Of a stretch of DNA of 64,000 nucleotides, positions 1 through 10,059 are shown piece by piece. The notes below the pieces were generated by a model that saw nothing but the letters and a program-made list of their open reading frames with translations, searched no databases and had not been told where the DNA came from. Numbering within the stretch: the stretch's first letter is position 1; each line of letters starts with the position of its first letter. The DNA is from an uncultured Verrucomicrobiae bacterium (GTDB lineage: Bacteria > Verrucomicrobiota > Verrucomicrobiia > Chthoniobacterales > Chthoniobacteraceae): contig CAVYKI010000010.1 of the NCBI GenBank assembly GCA_963769025.1, positions 160,001 to 224,000 on the forward strand. The letters are read 5' to 3'. Made by a program: the position numbers and the translations under genes.

Positions 1-4
1 CGCG

Positions 5-1606
5 ATGGCGAATTACCTCAGCTTCCGCCACTACGCGCGCTTCGATCTGTCGAAGAACCAGAAGTTCGCGCTCAGCGAGCAGACGAAGGCGATCGTCGGG
101 AATCTCACGAAGCCGGTGCAGGCCATCGTGTTCTTCGCGGGCGAAGGCGAGGCGGAGGCGAACTGCCACCAGTTGCTGCGCGAGTATGCGTTCGCATCGG
201 GCGGGAAACTCACCGTCGAGGAGGTGAGCCCCTACCAGAACCTCACCCGCGCCCGCGAGCTGCAGACGAAGTACAAGTTCGGCGCGAACGAGAACATCGT
301 GATCCTCGACTACGAGGGAAAAAGCAAATTCCTCAACACTGCCGACATGGCGGAAGTCGAGCAGCTCGACCAGATGGCGATGATGACGGGCCGCCGCCCG
401 CAGATGATCGCCTTCAAGGGCGAACAGATCCTGACAAACGCGCTGCTCGAACTGACGGAAGAAAAGCAGAGCAAGGTGTACATCCTCGGCGGCCACGGAG
501 AATACGACTTCAACGCGGGCCAGAACAAGATGCTGAAGGAGCAGATCGCCCGGCAGAACATCAAGGCCGAGGCTCTCATGCTCGCGAACCTCGAAAAGGT
601 GCCGGATGACGCGAACGCGCTCATCATTCTCAGCCCGCGCTTCGACTACTCGGAACGCGACCTCAAGCTGCTCTCGGACTACTGGGATCGCAAAGGCCGC
701 CTTTTCATCGCCATCGGCCCCGTCGGCAAGCGGCCCGGCCTCGACAACTGGCTCGCGGCTCGCGGCGTCCAGCCGATGAACGACACCGTGGTCCGCGTGG
801 TAAATCTCGGCGGCATCACCGGAATGATGGAACTCGAAGGCATCATCATGCCCGGCTCGCCGATCACCAGATCGCTCGAAGGCGTGGGCGTGGCATTGAT
901 CGGCCAGACTGAATCGCTGCACCTCGACCGAACCCAGGAAACCACCGGGCAGTTGCGCATGTCCGGGCTGATGAGCGCGCCCGAGGGATTCTGGGGCGAG
1001 ACCGAGTATGCCGCGGACCGCCGGTCGGTGCCGTTTTTCGACCCGAAAAAGGACACCGCCGGACCGCTCATGCTCGCGGTCTCCGTCGAAAAGGGCGCAT
1101 CGCGCGATCCGAACGTGAAGCTCGAGACTGCGCGCATGGTGGTCGTTGGAAATGGCGATCTCCTTTCCATGCAGGGCCTGCAAGCCGGGCCCGCCGCGCT
1201 CGATCTCGCGACGAATGCATTCAACTGGCTGCTGAACCGCGACAGCCTGATCGCGATTGCGGCGAAGCCGAAACAGAATGTGCAAATCACGCTGAACGAA
1301 GGCCAGCTCCTCTCCATCGCGAAGTGGGTGTCGCTCTACATTCCGCTGATCATCGGGCTCTTCGGCCTCTACTACCTGTGGGCGCGCAACGGGAAGAGCG
1401 TCCTGAAGCTCACGATGACGGTCACGTTCTCCTTCGTCGCGTGCTGGGTGCTGTGGCGACTGCTGCTGCGCTACCTCGGCTCGGCGGAGGGCCGGCACAT
1501 TTCACGCGACTCGCTGATCTTCGTCGGGGTCGTGTTTGTCGTCGGGGCCGCCGCGTTCATCCTGCAAAAAACTCTGCGCCGGAAGCCGCAGCCCCAGCGG
1601 ATCTGA
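5..1606 (+). CDS. GldG-family ABC transporter auxiliary/substrate-binding component; 5' end probably outside the window
   Basis: RFDLSKNQKFALSEQT, LLREY, KVYILGGHGE, ARMVVVGNGD and NAFNWLL motifs typical of the GldG/ABC_transp_aux family; C-terminal TM helices; followed by a DUF4340 gene as is usual. Confidence 0.8.
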   Translation: MANYLSFRHYARFDLSKNQKFALSEQTKAIVGNLTKPVQAIVFFAGEGEAEANCHQLLREYAFASGGKLTVEEVSPYQNLTRARELQTKYKFGANENIVILDYEGKSKFLNTADMAEVEQLDQMAMMTGRRPQMIAFKGEQILTNALLELTEEKQSKVYILGGHGEYDFNAGQNKMLKEQIARQNIKAEALMLANLEKVPDDANALIILSPRFDYSERDLKLLSDYWDRKGRLFIAIGPVGKRPGLDNWLAARGVQPMNDTVVRVVNLGGITGMMELEGIIMPGSPITRSLEGVGVALIGQTESLHLDRTQETTGQLRMSGLMSAPEGFWGETEYAADRRSVPFFDPKKDTAGPLMLAVSVEKGASRDPNVKLETARMVVVGNGDLLSMQGLQAGPAALDLATNAFNWLLNRDSLIAIAAKPKQNVQITLNEGQLLSIAKWVSLYIPLIIGLFGLYYLWARNGKSVLKLTMTVTFSFVACWVLWRLLLRYLGSAEGRHISRDSLIFVGVVFVVGAAAFILQKTLRRKPQPQRI

Positions 1607-1624
1607 TCTCATTTCTACCCTGCC

Positions 1625-3571
1625 ATGAAACTGCGTAACACCATCCTCCTGCTCATCCTCGGCATCGGGCTCTTCGCCTACATCCGGTTTGTGGACAGCA
1701 AGAAACTCTCGACGGACGAACTCCTCGCTCAAAAGGGCAAAGTCGTGGACGTGGACCGCAGCGGCACCGACTCCGTGACGATCCGCAACAGCGAAGGCTC
1801 GCTTCAGCTCAAGAAGGACGCCGAGGGAAACTGGCTGCTCGAAGCACCGGTGAAGGATCGCGTGGATTCGCTCGCGATTTCGACGCTGTTCACCTCGCTC
1901 GAAAGCCTGCGCATGGAGCCAATCCCTGCCGGCAAGAACGGCGGGCTCGCCGAATATGGCCTGACGAAAGGTGACGTGAGCATCAAGGTGAACGGGAAGA
2001 GTTCGTTCGAGCTGCTCATCGGGAAGGAGACCGCCGTGGAGGGCAAGGTGTACATGCGCATCGAGGGCAAGGACACGGCCTACGTCGCCTCGAAAGACCT
2101 CCGCGATCAGGCCACGAAGGGTGTAAAGGACTGGCGCGATCGCAAGCTCAGCGACCTCACGGCGACGCAGGTGAACAAGGTGATCATCAAGACCCCGAAG
2201 GGCGAAGTGGAGGCCGTGAAGATGTCAAATCACTGGTCGCTGACACGCCCGTTCAAGGGACGCGCGGACGACCAGAAGCTGATCGATCTGATCTCCAATG
2301 CGACCACGCCCCGCATCGAGGACTTCATCGCCGACACCAAGGATCTGGGCACCTTTGGTCTGAACACGCCGCGCGCAACCGTCACCTTCCACGCCGACGG
2401 CGTAAAGGATCCCGTCGTGCTCGAAATCGGCAACGCGAAGAAGCCCGACGAAAAGAAGGACGAGAAAGCGCCGCAGCCCGAAAAGCCGGCGGCACCGACA
2501 CACGTTTATGTGAAGCTCTCGAATCGCGAGGGCGTCTTCACCGTGCCCGTGGCCATCGAATCGCTGCTGAACACGCAGCCGAATGATCTCCGCGACCAAA
2601 ACCTCATGCGCGTGCAGAGCGACATGGTGGATCGCATCACCCTCGAAGCGCCGGGCGGGCAAAAGGTCGTGCTCGGCCGCAACGGTGAGGAATGGGTGCG
2701 CAAAGTGGACAAGCAACCCGACACGCCGGTGAACGGCGGTGCCGCGAACAAGCTGCTCTCCGACCTTACGACGATGAAAGTCGCGCGCTTCGTCGCGGAC
2801 GTGGCCGGCGATTTGAAACAATACGGACTCGATGCCCCGGTGGGGACAATTACGCTGAGCAGTTACTCGACCGAGGGCACACCTGAGACGAAACCCGGTG
2901 AACAGCCGCTCGCGAAACTTTTCCTCGGGAAGTTCGAGGGCGATGCGGGCTACGCGAAGCTCGACGACGAACCCTTCATCGTCGCGGTCCCCGCTTCGAT
3001 CCGCGACGGGATCTGGACCGATCCGCTGCAATGGCAGGAACTGAAAATTCAGGAAGTGAGGAGCGAGGATGTCGCGGGCTTTGAGGTGACGCGCGCCGGG
3101 CAGCCGACGCTCGGCTTTGCGCGAGACAAGGACAAGAAGTGGAAGCTCGCGAAGGGCGACGGCGTGGTCAGCCAGGGTGCCGCCGAATCGCTGGTGAACA
3201 CGCTCGCGAACCTGCGCGCCGTCCGCTGGGCCGGTGCGACGGCCCCCGCCGCACAGGGCCTCGACAAGCCGAATGTGGTCATCCATTTCACGCTCGCGGA
3301 CAAGAAGACCGGCAAGCTGACCATCGGCAGCAACACGCCCGAGGAAATGTGGAATGCGACGCTGGACGGAAAGACCGGCACGTTCCTGCTGAGCAAGCCG
3401 GACTTCGATGCGTTGAACGCCTCGCTCATCGAAACGCCCAAGCCCGCCGCTGCCGAGGGAACGCCGAGCACGCCGCCGGTTGCCTTGCCGCCGCCGCTCA
3501 CCCCTGCTCCCCCGATCGGGGCGGAGCCTCCTGCGCCGAAGCCGGCTCCCGCTCCGGAACCGAAGCCGTAG
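1625..3571 (+). CDS. DUF4340 domain protein (four tandem units, N-terminal membrane anchor, Pro-rich tail)
   Basis: MKLRNTILLLILGIGLFAYI anchor; repeated W...D...L..L...(Y/F)GL..P and (W/L)RD..L units; position after the GldG-like gene. Confidence 0.8.
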   Translation: MKLRNTILLLILGIGLFAYIRFVDSKKLSTDELLAQKGKVVDVDRSGTDSVTIRNSEGSLQLKKDAEGNWLLEAPVKDRVDSLAISTLFTSLESLRMEPIPAGKNGGLAEYGLTKGDVSIKVNGKSSFELLIGKETAVEGKVYMRIEGKDTAYVASKDLRDQATKGVKDWRDRKLSDLTATQVNKVIIKTPKGEVEAVKMSNHWSLTRPFKGRADDQKLIDLISNATTPRIEDFIADTKDLGTFGLNTPRATVTFHADGVKDPVVLEIGNAKKPDEKKDEKAPQPEKPAAPTHVYVKLSNREGVFTVPVAIESLLNTQPNDLRDQNLMRVQSDMVDRITLEAPGGQKVVLGRNGEEWVRKVDKQPDTPVNGGAANKLLSDLTTMKVARFVADVAGDLKQYGLDAPVGTITLSSYSTEGTPETKPGEQPLAKLFLGKFEGDAGYAKLDDEPFIVAVPASIRDGIWTDPLQWQELKIQEVRSEDVAGFEVTRAGQPTLGFARDKDKKWKLAKGDGVVSQGAAESLVNTLANLRAVRWAGATAPAAQGLDKPNVVIHFTLADKKTGKLTIGSNTPEEMWNATLDGKTGTFLLSKPDFDALNASLIETPKPAAAEGTPSTPPVALPPPLTPAPPIGAEPPAPKPAPAPEPKP

Positions 3572-3577
3572 CGCTTC

Positions 3578-4292
3578 TCAGCGGCGGCGGGCGGTGTAAA
3601 GCGAGACCACGCCTCCCGTCAGGGGCTCGCATTTCGCTTCTGAAAAACCCGCGGCCTCGACCATCGCGTTCATCGCGTTGCCGGTTGGAAATTCCTCGAT
3701 CGACGCGCCGAGATATTCGTACGCGCCGCGCTCCCCGGTGAGCAGCCGGGCCAGACCCGGCAGCACGCGATGCAGATAAAAGCGGTAGAACACGCTCATT
3801 GGCGGCCGGGGCATGGAAAAATCCAGCACGAGCAAATGGCCGCTCCGGTCGCAGGACTCTCGCGATTTCCGCGAGGCCGCGCTGCCACGACTCCATGTTG
3901 CGGAGCCCGAAGGCGATGGTGACGACGTCGAACGCCGCGTCCGGAAGCGGGAGCTGCATTCCGTCCGCCTGAATCAAATTCGCAACGCCCTTGCCGCGGG
4001 CCGCGCGCAGCATCGGCAGGCAGAAATCCGCACCGATCACAGAAGCCTCCGGGCACGCCTTTTCGAGCGCGAGCGCGAGATCGCCGGAACCCGTGGCCAG
4101 GTCGAGCACATCGACCGGCTTCCACGAGCGGACGATCGCCGCGGCCCGGCGACGCCACCAGAAGTCGAGCCCGCAGCTGAGAAGGTGGTTGGCCAGATCG
4201 TAGCGACGCGCGATGGCGCCAAAAAGGCGCCGGACCGCCGCGCCTTTTCCCTCTGCGGGACCGGGGCTGGGTGTGGGTGCCAAAACTCTCAT
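3578..4292 (-). CDS. ubiE: Ubiquinone/menaquinone C-methyltransferase UbiE/MenG, split by a +1 frameshift near 3844
   Basis: VRRLFGAIARRYDLANHLLS, VLDLATGSGD, IAFGLRN, then LDFS...AYEYLGASI..FP in another frame; removing one base restores RPGGHLLVLDF. Confidence 0.88.
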
Positions 4293-4298
4293 GGAAGA

Positions 4299-4314
4299 CG
4301 GCATATCAAGTGCT
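4299..4314 (+). promoter_or_regulatory. Putative sigma54 (-24/-12) promoter for the hybrid kinase
   Basis: CGGCATATCAAGTGCT = GG-N10-GC, intergenic and upstream of the kinase. Confidence 0.5.
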
Positions 4315-4361
4315 TCCCTTGACCGTGTCCACTGCACACTTGGGTGGCGCCATCACAGCCC

Positions 4362-5951
4362 ATGTCCCGCATCACTCTTCCGCCTGCCAAGATTCTCGTC
4401 GTGGATGACGAGCCCTCGAACGTGCGCCTGCTGGAGCGAATGCTGGAGCTTTTCGGCGGGCTGGAATGGCGCTGCACGACGGATCCGCGCGAGGCGATTC
4501 CGATCTTCGCGGAATTTCAGCCGGATCTGGTGCTCACCGACTTGCACATGCCGCATCTGGACGGCTACCAGGTCATGGAGCAGCTCAAGCAAATCATCCC
4601 GGAGGATGTCTTTCTGCCCATCGTGGTCCTCACCGCCGACGCCACGGCGGAGACGCGGCGCAAGGCGCTCTTCGCGGGGGCGAATGATTTCATCACCAAG
4701 CCGCTCGACACCACCGAGGTGCAGTTGCGCCTGCGGAACCTGCTCGAAAACCGGTTCCTGAACCAGAAGTTGGAAGATCAGGTGCGGCAACGAACGATCG
4801 AGCTGGAAAACGCGATGGAGCAGATCCGCAACGCGCAGGAGCAGGTCGTGAAGCAGGAACGTCTGCGCGCCTTGGGCATGATGGCGGGCGGCATTGCGCA
4901 CGATTTCAACAACGCGCTCACGATGGTGCTCGGCTACGGCGAACTGATGCTGCCGTGGTTCAAGAAAACTGCGCCCGATGCGAAGGAACACGCCTACATC
5001 AAGCACATCATCGCCGCCGCGCAGGACGCGACTCACGTGGTGAGCCGGCTCCGCGATTTCTACCGCCCGGCGGAGACGGACGAACTCCGCGCGCCCCTCG
5101 AAGTGAACGCGCTCTGCGAGCAGGCCGTCGCTTTTACGACCCCGAAATGGAAGGCCAAGGCACGCGCCAACGGCGCCACCATCGAGGTGCGGACGGAACT
5201 TTCGGAAGTCCCGCAAGTCCTCGCCAGCGCGCCAGAGCTCCGCGAGTCGCTCACGAATCTCATCTTCAACGCGGTGGACGCGATGCCCGCAGGAGGCACC
5301 ATCACGGTGGCCACACACGCCGACGGGCCGAATGTGCGCATCGACGTCACCGATACGGGCACCGGCATGACCGAGGAGGAAAAGGCGCGTTGTCTGGAGC
5401 CGTTCTTCACCACCAAGGGCGAACGCGGCACCGGCCTCGGGCTCGCCGTGGTGTACGGCATCATCCAGCGCCATGGCGGCACGATCGAAATCGCCAGCGA
5501 AAAGGGCAAGGGCACCACGTTCTCGCTCGTGCTTCCGGCGACGGACCAAAAGGCGGTGGCTTCCGACAAGAGCGCTCAGGCGGCGGTGAATCGCACGCTG
5601 AACATCCTCGTCGTGGACGATCAGGAAATCATCTGCGAACTCATCGCCGAGCACCTCAGCGCGGATGGACATCAACCGGTGACGATGTCGGACTCCACCG
5701 AGGCCTTCGCGCGCTTCGAGGCGGGTTCCTTCGACCTCATCATCACCGACCAATCCATGCCGGGACTCTCTGGCGAGCAGCTCGCAAGAAAAGTGAAGGC
5801 GCACAGCCCCGGCACGCACGTCATCATGCTGACCGGTTTTGGTGATGACCTGCTGACCGACGGCAAGGCTCCCGAGGGCATCGACCGCATCCTCTCAAAG
5901 CCCGTCTCCTCGGACGAACTGCGGCGGGCAATTTTCGAGGCGACCAGCTAG
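4362..5951 (+). CDS. Cytoplasmic hybrid histidine kinase (REC-HisKA-HATPase-REC)
   Basis: ILVVDD...DLVLTDLHMP receiver; GIAHDFNN H-box; NLIFNAVDA, DTGTGM, FFTTK, GTGLGL boxes; second ILVVDD...DLIITD receiver. Confidence 0.93.
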   Translation: MSRITLPPAKILVVDDEPSNVRLLERMLELFGGLEWRCTTDPREAIPIFAEFQPDLVLTDLHMPHLDGYQVMEQLKQIIPEDVFLPIVVLTADATAETRRKALFAGANDFITKPLDTTEVQLRLRNLLENRFLNQKLEDQVRQRTIELENAMEQIRNAQEQVVKQERLRALGMMAGGIAHDFNNALTMVLGYGELMLPWFKKTAPDAKEHAYIKHIIAAAQDATHVVSRLRDFYRPAETDELRAPLEVNALCEQAVAFTTPKWKAKARANGATIEVRTELSEVPQVLASAPELRESLTNLIFNAVDAMPAGGTITVATHADGPNVRIDVTDTGTGMTEEEKARCLEPFFTTKGERGTGLGLAVVYGIIQRHGGTIEIASEKGKGTTFSLVLPATDQKAVASDKSAQAAVNRTLNILVVDDQEIICELIAEHLSADGHQPVTMSDSTEAFARFEAGSFDLIITDQSMPGLSGEQLARKVKAHSPGTHVIMLTGFGDDLLTDGKAPEGIDRILSKPVSSDELRRAIFEATS

Positions 5952-6045
5952 CTCCAGCCGGCACCTGGCGCGTGAGTCGTTCCGTGATGCCGCAGCGCTG
6001 CGCTTGCCCTTGAAAAAGGGCACACCACTTCTGCCTTTGCAAAAG

Positions 6046-6130
6046 TGGTACTCACGAGAGGACTCGAACCTCCACGGGTTGCCCCATACGGTCCTGAGCC
6101 GTACGCGTCTGCCAATTCCGCCACGTGAGC
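6046..6130 (-). tRNA. tRNA-Leu(CAG)
   Basis: Reverse complement GCTCACGTGGCGGAATTGGCAGACGCGTACGGCTCAGGACCGTATGGGGCAACCCGTGGAGGTTCGAGTCCTCTCGTGAGTACCA: D-loop, CAG anticodon, long variable arm, TTCGA T-loop, encoded CCA. Confidence 0.96.
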
Positions 6131-6207
6131 ATTTTCGGGGGGCGGGATAGTTGTTTCACCCGCCTCACTTTGCAAGTGCGACTTTTGAAAAAAGCCGCTT
6201 CCTGCGT

Positions 6208-7302
6208 TTAGGAAATCCGCATCGGCATCAGCACGTAGAGGAACGGCGTGCCGATCTTGATCACTCCGGGGCTCATCTCATCGCTGACTTCGAGGTGAAT
6301 TTCATCCTCCGTCAGGGCGCGGAGCGGGTCCTGGAGGAAGCCGGGGTTGAACGCTACCGAGAAGTCCTTGCCCTTGAAGCTGATCGCCAGCGACTCGTGC
6401 GACTCGCCGATGTCAGGCGTGTTCGCGGTGATCTCGAGATTGTTCTTCGTGAACACCAGCTTCACCGAATTCGACTTTTCACTGGAGAGCAGTGAGACGC
6501 GGCGCACGGCGTTGAGCAGGAGTTCGCGCTCGATGGTGATGCGCTCGCGCGACTCGGCGGGGATGACCTGCCGGTAGTTCGGGTAGTTGCCCTCGATGAG
6601 CTTGGAGACGAGCAGCTTGCCGCCCGCCTCGAACGACACGTGATTGTCGCCGACCGCGAGTTTCACATCGCCCTCTTCGCCGAGCAGTCGCTGAAGTTCG
6701 GTGATGCATTTCGATGGAATGACGACATCCACTTCGTTGCTCCTCGGAAATTCCGCCTCGAGATCCACGAGCGCGAGCCGCCGTCCGTCCGTCGCGACGA
6801 GCGTCAGCTTGTTCTCCTTGAAAGAAAACAGGATGCCGTTGAGCACGTAGCGCGTCTCGTCGGTCGAAATGCCGTAGCTCGTCTTGCGGAGCGCGTCCTT
6901 GAGGACTTTTTGCTGCAACGTGAATGCCTTTGCCTTCTCAAGCTTCGGCAGCGCGGGAAATTCATCCTCCGGCAGGCAGAGCATCTTGAAAAAGCTCGGG
7001 CCGCAGCGGATCGATGCGGCATTCTTTCCGTCCACTTCCACGCTCACCTCGGAGGAAGGCAGTTCCTTCACGATTCCCGCGAGCCGGCGCGCCGGGATCG
7101 TCGTGCCGCCGGGTTTTTCGATCTTCGCCTCGACCGAGCAGCTCATGCCGACATCGAGGTCGTTCGTGGTAAAGTGAAGCGCGCCGTTCTCGGCACGGAT
7201 CAGCACGTTGGAGAGGATGGGGAGCGTGGTGCGGGTGCTCACGACGTTCTGCACAGTCTGCAGACCCTCGAGCAACTTGTCTTTGGCGACGCTAAATTTC
7301 AT
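6208..7302 (-). CDS. dnaN: DNA polymerase III beta sliding clamp
   Basis: TTLPILSNVL, STDETRYVLNG, VATDGRRLA, SKLIEGNYPNYRQVIP, YVLMPMR. Confidence 0.97.
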   Translation of the reverse strand: MKFSVAKDKLLEGLQTVQNVVSTRTTLPILSNVLIRAENGALHFTTNDLDVGMSCSVEAKIEKPGGTTIPARRLAGIVKELPSSEVSVEVDGKNAASIRCGPSFFKMLCLPEDEFPALPKLEKAKAFTLQQKVLKDALRKTSYGISTDETRYVLNGILFSFKENKLTLVATDGRRLALVDLEAEFPRSNEVDVVIPSKCITELQRLLGEEGDVKLAVGDNHVSFEAGGKLLVSKLIEGNYPNYRQVIPAESRERITIERELLLNAVRRVSLLSSEKSNSVKLVFTKNNLEITANTPDIGESHESLAISFKGKDFSVAFNPGFLQDPLRALTEDEIHLEVSDEMSPGVIKIGTPFLYVLMPMRIS

Positions 7303-7425
7303 GGAGTGGGGTAATTGGAGCGCGCGGGTTTTGACGGAACATCTTGTGGGAGGCAAACCTTTTTGACCCCACCGATTGATGTTTGCGCCATAACGCCCCG
7401 ACCGCCGGCCCGGCTGAAGCCGCGG

Positions 7426-8937
7426 TCAGTCCACTTTCACGCCGTGAACGCGCAGCGTCGTTCCCGTCTGGAGCCGGTATTGCGCGACGGCCTTGTTGTA
7501 ATCGGCAATCGCGCGCAGCTCCGCCGTCTCGGCATCGGCCAGCAGCTTCTGGAGCTGGAGCACCTCGAACGTCGTTCCGGTCCCCGCGATCAACCGTGAC
7601 TCACCGGCCGCGAGGCTCTCCCTTGCCAACCGGCGCGCCTCGCGGTTCGCCACCGTGAGTTGCTGCGTGGTGACCACCGCTCCCGCGGCGTTGTCCACAA
7701 GGACGATGATTTGCTGCTCGAGTTGCTGCAGCCTCACGAGCGCCTGCGCCGCGGAAAGTTTCGCCGCGTTGTAATTTCCCCGGCTTTCGCGATTGCCGAT
7801 CGGGATGCTGAACTTCGCCCCCACGCTCCATGCACTCTGGTCGCGGGCGAGTATCCGCTGCGCGCTGGTCCCGAAGTCGTCGTCCATCCCGAGCATGCTC
7901 AGGCTCGCGGTCAGATCCAGCCGCGGCAGCTCCGCATTTTTCGTGAAGGCGACGTTGATGTGCTTGTTCTCGATATCGAGCTTTGCCTGCCGGTAGTCCG
8001 GCCGCAATTCGAGCGCGGCGACGATTCCCGCCACGACATTCGGATCAAGGTTCGCCGATGGCGGTGCCGCGATATTCACCCTCGTGCGGATCAGCAGCAT
8101 CATGTCCGCCGTGATGAGCTGCTTCAGGAAGTTTTCCTGATCCTTCACCGCGCGCGACGCGGTGATTAACGCCGCCTCGCGCGAGGCGACCTCGGCCTGC
8201 GCGGTCGTGACATCGAGCGGCGTCTTCACGCCGATTTCCACGCGCTTGATGTTGTCGCGCAGGAGCTGCCGGGCGAGTTCGCGCGAGCGCCGGGCCACCT
8301 CGAGATTCTCGTGGGCAAACTGCAGCTCATTGTAAACGTTGATGACTTGGGTGATCACGTTCATCACCTGATTCCGGACGCCCCACTCGGAGATCGTGAC
8401 GTTGTTCCTGGCAACGCGGACATCCGCCAGGTTCGCATCCGTCCCAGCACCGCGCAGCAAAGGCTGCCTCAGGCTGAAGGTCGCATCGCTCGACCAGTCA
8501 TTCGCGAAGCGGTTCGAAGTGCCGCCCTGTGCCGTGGAATTCAGGGACACATCGTAGCCGAGCCCCCACACCGTCACGCCGCTCACACCGGTGCTCCACG
8601 TGTCCGTTTGCGTGATCGAGTGGACGGAAAAATGTCCACCCCCGTTGTCGGCGTTCCTCCTGAAGGAGTCCGCCACCACATCCTCGCCCGTCGAATACGA
8701 CAGGCTGAATGCCGGATCGAATTTCCCCTCCGACGCAACCACGCGTTCACGCGAGACCTTCGGATCGAACTTCTGCGCAATGATCGAAAAATTCTTCTGC
8801 AACGCCATGCGGATCGCCTTGCCCATCGTCAGTTCGAGGAGCTGCCCCTTGCCGTGATTCTCGTCGGCGCGCACGGACACGCCGGCGGCGAGGAGAAGGA
8901 TCACCGCTTTTTTCAAAAAGGAAGAATGCACTCGCAT
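7426..8937 (-). CDS. TolC-family outer membrane efflux protein
   Basis: Signal peptide; AIRMALQKN, QPLLRG, RPD, LPRLDL, GTGTTFEVL motifs. Confidence 0.85.
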   Translation of the reverse strand: MRVHSSFLKKAVILLLAAGVSVRADENHGKGQLLELTMGKAIRMALQKNFSIIAQKFDPKVSRERVVASEGKFDPAFSLSYSTGEDVVADSFRRNADNGGGHFSVHSITQTDTWSTGVSGVTVWGLGYDVSLNSTAQGGTSNRFANDWSSDATFSLRQPLLRGAGTDANLADVRVARNNVTISEWGVRNQVMNVITQVINVYNELQFAHENLEVARRSRELARQLLRDNIKRVEIGVKTPLDVTTAQAEVASREAALITASRAVKDQENFLKQLITADMMLLIRTRVNIAAPPSANLDPNVVAGIVAALELRPDYRQAKLDIENKHINVAFTKNAELPRLDLTASLSMLGMDDDFGTSAQRILARDQSAWSVGAKFSIPIGNRESRGNYNAAKLSAAQALVRLQQLEQQIIVLVDNAAGAVVTTQQLTVANREARRLARESLAAGESRLIAGTGTTFEVLQLQKLLADAETAELRAIADYNKAVAQYRLQTGTTLRVHGVKVD

Positions 8938-9007
8938 CAGGACGCAATTCTTCGCGGGGACGTTGCAAAATCCCAAGCACGAATCCACCGGACGCCGGAC
9001 CGGACCA

Positions 9008-9949
9008 TCATTTCGCCTCGTTCCCCGCCGGTGCATCGACCGCCTTCGGCGCGGCTTTCGGCGCGGGCTTCGCCTTTGCGTCCCAGTACTTCGTGATGTC
9101 TGCCCGCTCGAATGCAACCGGCGCGCCGCCTTCGGGGACTTCGATCTTCGCGGACCAGAGGATTCCGTTCACCACGAATCGGCGCTGCGCCTCGATCTGC
9201 CAGTTCGTGTGCCAGTCCGCGCCGGTGAATGCGAAGCTGCGGCCGCCATCCTTGCGCTCGTAAGCCCATCCGATCGTCTCAGCGCGGCCCGCGTGCGATT
9301 TTGCGTCGGCACTCGTGCGCGCCTTGTCGGGCACTTCGCCAGCGATGACCGGCACCGCACCCGGCGCAAAATGCAGATTATAAAGCCAGCCGTCTCCCGG
9401 CGCGGTGAAGGGCGTCACGCCGCGCGTGATCGCGTGCTTCGGAAAGGTGTCAAAGCTCATGTCCCAATGTCCGCGGCAGCCGATGTCCTTTTTGAACACG
9501 CCACCGAGCCACGACTGGATTTCGTCCGCACGATCCTCCGGCACATCCACGGCCTGGTGCAGCATCACAAGGCCCGTCCCCTTCGCCAGGAGCGACTTCA
9601 TTTTTTCCCATCGCGAAGCATCGAGGAAAGGCAGCTTCGCACCGCCATCCGTGTACACGACGACCGCACGCGCGTTGTCGAAAATGTGCTCGTCCTTCGG
9701 CCAGCCCTCGGCGGCCATCACGGGCCACACACCCGGCGTCTGCTTCAGCGCATTCGCGAGGATCACGCACCCTGCGAAATACTCGTGCCCGCCGGGCTTG
9801 CTGCTCACGCTCCCCGCGAGCAGCACGACCTTCGCAAGCTTTGCGTCCTTCGTGTCCACCTCCAGCGGCACGCTCTTTTGCTCGTCGGTGAGTTCAGCGT
9901 GCGCGAGCGGGACGATTCCAATGAGGCAGGAGAGAAGGAGGGGTTTCAT
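9008..9949 (-). CDS. Exported ThuA-like (class I glutamine amidotransferase-like fold) protein
   Basis: Signal peptide; HEYFAG, GLVMLH, HAITRGV, WAYER..GGRSF.FTG, NGILWSA. Confidence 0.8.
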   Translation of the reverse strand: MKPLLLSCLIGIVPLAHAELTDEQKSVPLEVDTKDAKLAKVVLLAGSVSSKPGGHEYFAGCVILANALKQTPGVWPVMAAEGWPKDEHIFDNARAVVVYTDGGAKLPFLDASRWEKMKSLLAKGTGLVMLHQAVDVPEDRADEIQSWLGGVFKKDIGCRGHWDMSFDTFPKHAITRGVTPFTAPGDGWLYNLHFAPGAVPVIAGEVPDKARTSADAKSHAGRAETIGWAYERKDGGRSFAFTGADWHTNWQIEAQRRFVVNGILWSAKIEVPEGGAPVAFERADITKYWDAKAKPAPKAAPKAVDAPAGNEAK

Positions 9950-9995
9950 GAATTTTGGAGGCTGGGATGGCTTGTGAGATGTCAGTTGGTTGATC

Positions 9996-10025
9996 AGGGC
10001 TCGCTCGGCGAGCGAGCGCTCCCAG
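9996..10025. repeat. REP-like intergenic palindrome
   Basis: GCTCGCTCG-G-CGAGCGAGC inverted repeat (9999-10017) between the DUF1501 and ThuA genes. Confidence 0.45.
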
Positions 10026-10059
10026 GTATGCGTCCCCGCAGGGCGCGCCCATGCTATCA

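Noticed and set aside
5952..6207. tRNA-Leu as a genomic island integration site
   Set aside because: No integrase and no duplicated tRNA 3' end seen in the window; flanking genes look native
7303..7425. Replication origin next to dnaN
   Set aside because: No dnaA, no TTATCCACA boxes and no long AT-rich tract
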